Shown: positions 24,922 to 28,146 of the stretch, one piece after another
How the letters are laid out: each line of letters starts with the position of its first letter
Numbering within the stretch: position 1 is the first letter of the stretch
Assembly: GCA_033549025.1 (NCBI GenBank)
Contig: JAWSUS010000033.1
Coordinates: forward strand, 1-28,146
Source of the DNA: Desulfuromonadales bacterium
GTDB taxonomy: Bacteria; Desulfobacterota; Desulfuromonadia; Desulfuromonadales; SZUA-540
Direction: 5' to 3'
DNA length: 28,146 nucleotides
Translations under genes and position numbers: made by a program
The notes under the pieces: model-generated
What the model saw: the letters and a program-made list of their open reading frames with translations, nothing else
Told to the model about the DNA's origin: nothing
The model's database searches: none

Positions 24922-27900
24922 ATGAAGACGTATTTATCGCGATTGCTTCTAGGCATGGGGGTGCTCATGCTGCTGGCAGGCGGGGCTTGGGGCGATGACG
25001 GGCCCATGTTCCGAAGGAATATTTCGAATACGCCAGCGGACGACACAGAGTTCGTGTCATTACGTATGCTGCCGCTTTATGTACCAGCCCAGAGTTCGGA
25101 CGGCACCCTGCTTACGGATGGCATCGACTATTTAACGGCCGATGGTACGGTGGCGGAAACCCGAGACTACGCCCGGCCCCTGATCGCCACCTATCAGGAC
25201 GGGCCCGTTGAATTTATCGAAGAGTACGAAGCCTTTCCCGGCCATGGCGCCCGTGACAGCTATGCCGCGGTGAGCCTTGACGACGGAGCCACCTGGAAAC
25301 GAACCAACCTGTCCAATTCAGCCGACCGTTCGTCCATCACCTTGAAGGACGGCCGCCAGAAAGTTCGTTATCCGGGCGATACCCTGCGCAACTTCCTGGC
25401 TTCGGATGGCAACAAGGCCCTCTTTGTCTGGGTAAGCAAATACTGCGACAGCGGCAGTCCGACCTATGCCATGTCGGACACCGAGAAAGAAGCGGTCTCC
25501 ACCTATCTCGGCACAACGGGGTGCACCGATGGTGATGCCGCGACGCCCTGCCTCTATCTCGACGACCTCTTCGGGGTGGCGGGACAGCAGGGGGTGCAGA
25601 GCGCCGAGGATTTGGCCGAAGAGGGCTATCCCCTGGTGGGCGACTATCCCTATTCCTGTCTGTGGGTCGCTCGCGGGGTTTTGTTGCCCCCGGCGGCTGA
25701 AGGGGAACAGAGCACCTTTGTCTGGTACAAGGCCGAGCGTTTGACTTCGGGTGTACGCAGCGCCGAAAGGGCTGAAGTGGTCTGCGTGAAGGGAGCGGGC
25801 TGCACGGTGACCTGGCAGGAAGATCCGGAGGGGGTTCGACCGGGTCACGGGGACGGCCCCGGTGAAGGATGGAGTGGCGCCATCGCCCACCACCAGACGG
25901 ACACCTGGTACAGCTACATCGACTGGGATGACTTCGACCTGGTCAGCGCGGATGGAACCTACGGCACTTTTTACAACACGACGGGCAGTCTGGCCGAGTG
26001 GGTTGTCGCCAACCCGACGGGAAGCCCCCAGGCCGCCGTGCCCATGTCCATTCCCGTACGCGCAACGGACAACGCCATGTGTGCCGATGCGGACGGCAAC
26101 CTCGACACTCTTGAGGATGATCCTTACTGCTACATGGATTTCAACGGCAACGGGACCCCCGACTTCTGCGCCTCCACAGTGGCGGTTACCATTGAAACGC
26201 CCGAAGGTCCCACCCAGACCGTCAATATGTGTGTCAGCGAAGACGGTCGCCTGATGCGTGGCAATACCGCCTCCACCCGGGCCCGCCTCAGCCTGCATGG
26301 TTATTCGACGCTGGGAGATTACCGCCTTGATCCCGCTGCCTACCCCATCGACAGTGCCTGGGTCTCCTTTACCTACGAAGAGAACAAGGGGCTGGGCGAT
26401 ATCTGCGACGACGGCGACTGCCTCGAACTCACCGATGCCGACAAGCGGGATATGGGCAAGAACGTCTGGTACCACACCTTTGATATGTTCCAACCCGAGC
26501 TCGTCTCTCAGGGTCTGATGCTCAACCAGCCCGCCGTCTATCCGACCGACTGGTCAGATCCGACCAATCTGTTGGATCCCTTACCCCAGTACGGCTACAA
26601 CTTCTGGGCCTTCACGGCTGATCCTGTCTATCAAACCCTGGCGGGTCTGGAGACGACCACACTCTACCAGAGCGAGATCTCTCGCCGTCCCAGTCATATC
26701 ACGCAGGACTGGTACGACGCCGGGCCGAGCGGGACGGTAGCCTTCAACCTGTGGAAGCAGGGAATTATCCGCCGCGGCGGACCAGCCGATATCATGGCCC
26801 GTCGATTCATCATCCCGGAAGAGTTTGACCCAGCCGTGGATAACCCCTACGACTATGCCAATATGGCTTGTGAAAACGCTGATGGCTCCGCCGCCTGGCT
26901 TTACCGCACCGATCTGTCGCAACCGGCCAATCCTCGATATGTCAAAGGATTGTGCGCCGCTCCGGCGATCAACCTGTCGGGCAATACGGTGCTGACCGGA
27001 GAGTCCTGTGATGGTGCCCTCACCTGTCTGGAGGCTTTCCCCTTCAATAGTTATTTTGATGATCTCGCCGGGGGCACAGGGATCTCCAAGATCTACACCT
27101 GGCAGCAGTTTGGCCCCGGCTACGGCGAAGTTCCCGATTTGACCACCAGCAACCTCGATGACCCGAGTTGGGCCAATCCTTATGATATGGCCAAGGGCCA
27201 TCGTGGTTTCCTGGCCGGAGACATGGTCATGGCCATGTACGCCTGGACCCCCAACTGGCATGCTCTGACCGAAGCCAACGACATCGTCAATCTTTATGCG
27301 CGGCGATCTTTCGATGGCGGCCAAACCTGGAGCACTCTGCCGGCGAGCTTTGTCCACACTAACGGCCTGACCTACAGTGGCGATGGCACGACGACTTGTG
27401 AATGGATGGGGCCGATTTCGGAGAAAGCGCCCCTATGTACGACCTATGGGGCCGGGGCGTTTGAGCAGGCTCGTAATCTTTCCCAGCTTCTCGGCTCAAC
27501 GGTGACGGTTCTTGATCCCCGGTTTGCGCCAACCTCCCGCGGTATCACGACGGGGTCGGTCAGCACCTCTTCCCTGCCCGCCGGCTTCTTTGCTCCTCTC
27601 TATCTGGACGATACGCGCGATCCCTCCCGCTATCACATGATATTTGAGACGGGCATCACCAGCGCCTACGATGAAGGTGAAGCTGAGCCTCTGGATCTTT
27701 CCTACAGCCGAGCCGTGGATTGGGGAGACGACTATCTGGTTTTCCAGGACGAGGCCGATTCGGGGACATGCCTGCCTTCAGCCGATAATGAGGACATTTA
27801 TGACCTCAGCGGGTTCTGTAACGAATTTGACGCCCTCGAAGGGAGCCGATTCTCAACCGCCTCCGAGGCGGCCGTGGCCAGCAGCCCTGGCGGACAATTC

Positions 27901-28050
27901 ATGTATGCCGATTGGTATCAGCATGAATTGGATAGTGGCGGGGTCGATGCCTGGTTCCGGCGGGTCATGTACCTGGATGACTACGTCCCCACCGCCGAAG
28001 AGCCGGAGCCTGTGCCAGTGAAACCAGGCAAGCCGAAAAAAGTGAAATAA
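24922..28050 (+). CDS. Second large secreted Asp-box protein, choice-of-anchor O-like, paralog of 21154-24828
   Basis: ATG 24922 behind AAGGGGG; signal peptide ending AWG. Asp-boxes SLDDGATW and SFDGGQTW, plus AERLTSGVRSA and WQEDPEGVRPG..GPGEGWSGA. Cys-rich, with a Pro/Lys-rich C-terminal tail. Confidence 0.75.
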   Translation: MKTYLSRLLLGMGVLMLLAGGAWGDDGPMFRRNISNTPADDTEFVSLRMLPLYVPAQSSDGTLLTDGIDYLTADGTVAETRDYARPLIATYQDGPVEFIEEYEAFPGHGARDSYAAVSLDDGATWKRTNLSNSADRSSITLKDGRQKVRYPGDTLRNFLASDGNKALFVWVSKYCDSGSPTYAMSDTEKEAVSTYLGTTGCTDGDAATPCLYLDDLFGVAGQQGVQSAEDLAEEGYPLVGDYPYSCLWVARGVLLPPAAEGEQSTFVWYKAERLTSGVRSAERAEVVCVKGAGCTVTWQEDPEGVRPGHGDGPGEGWSGAIAHHQTDTWYSYIDWDDFDLVSADGTYGTFYNTTGSLAEWVVANPTGSPQAAVPMSIPVRATDNAMCADADGNLDTLEDDPYCYMDFNGNGTPDFCASTVAVTIETPEGPTQTVNMCVSEDGRLMRGNTASTRARLSLHGYSTLGDYRLDPAAYPIDSAWVSFTYEENKGLGDICDDGDCLELTDADKRDMGKNVWYHTFDMFQPELVSQGLMLNQPAVYPTDWSDPTNLLDPLPQYGYNFWAFTADPVYQTLAGLETTTLYQSEISRRPSHITQDWYDAGPSGTVAFNLWKQGIIRRGGPADIMARRFIIPEEFDPAVDNPYDYANMACENADGSAAWLYRTDLSQPANPRYVKGLCAAPAINLSGNTVLTGESCDGALTCLEAFPFNSYFDDLAGGTGISKIYTWQQFGPGYGEVPDLTTSNLDDPSWANPYDMAKGHRGFLAGDMVMAMYAWTPNWHALTEANDIVNLYARRSFDGGQTWSTLPASFVHTNGLTYSGDGTTTCEWMGPISEKAPLCTTYGAGAFEQARNLSQLLGSTVTVLDPRFAPTSRGITTGSVSTSSLPAGFFAPLYLDDTRDPSRYHMIFETGITSAYDEGEAEPLDLSYSRAVDWGDDYLVFQDEADSGTCLPSADNEDIYDLSGFCNEFDALEGSRFSTASEAAVASSPGGQFMYADWYQHELDSGGVDAWFRRVMYLDDYVPTAEEPEPVPVKPGKPKKVK

Positions 28051-28146
28051 GGTTTATGCGGTAACAAAAAAAGATGGCCTCGCAAAAAACACATTAAACA
28101 CAAGTGGCTGAAATTACATAAATAATAGCAAATTTTGACTTTTAAT

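Noticed and set aside
21355..27357. Long minus-strand ORFs under the two large genes (e.g. 22450-24060, 25318-26493)
   Set aside because: They are antisense shadows; the plus-strand frames have RBS, signal peptides and mutual homology.
28051..28146. AT-rich tail as an island boundary or ncRNA
   Set aside because: It is too short and is truncated by the window; it is consistent with an ordinary promoter or intergenic region.

Overview
GC-rich, gene-dense window whose gene content and protein style suggest a Desulfuromonas/Geobacter-like deltaproteobacterium (inference, not verified). Left to right: a probable insertion-sequence end abutting the stop codon of a TRAP small permease (dctQ), two tandem paralogous TRAP solute-binding genes (dctP), a four-gene TolC / adaptor / RND / YgaP-like (DUF2892) efflux operon, a sensor-less methyl-accepting chemotaxis protein, tatD-tcdA, dodecin, a PAS-PAS-GGDEF diguanylate cyclase, a GH57 glycoside hydrolase, and a translationally coupled DUF3015-DUF4105 pair. 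The window ends with a VpsT/CsgD-like LuxR regulator and a stand-alone PilZ protein upstream of two very large, paralogous, secreted Asp-box proteins (choice-of-anchor O-like). This last cluster (19769-28050) is the best candidate for a little-described system: a probable c-di-GMP-controlled locus for secreted or matrix beta-propeller proteins. No rRNA, tRNA or CRISPR array was seen. All family assignments are from motif recognition by eye; no searches were run.
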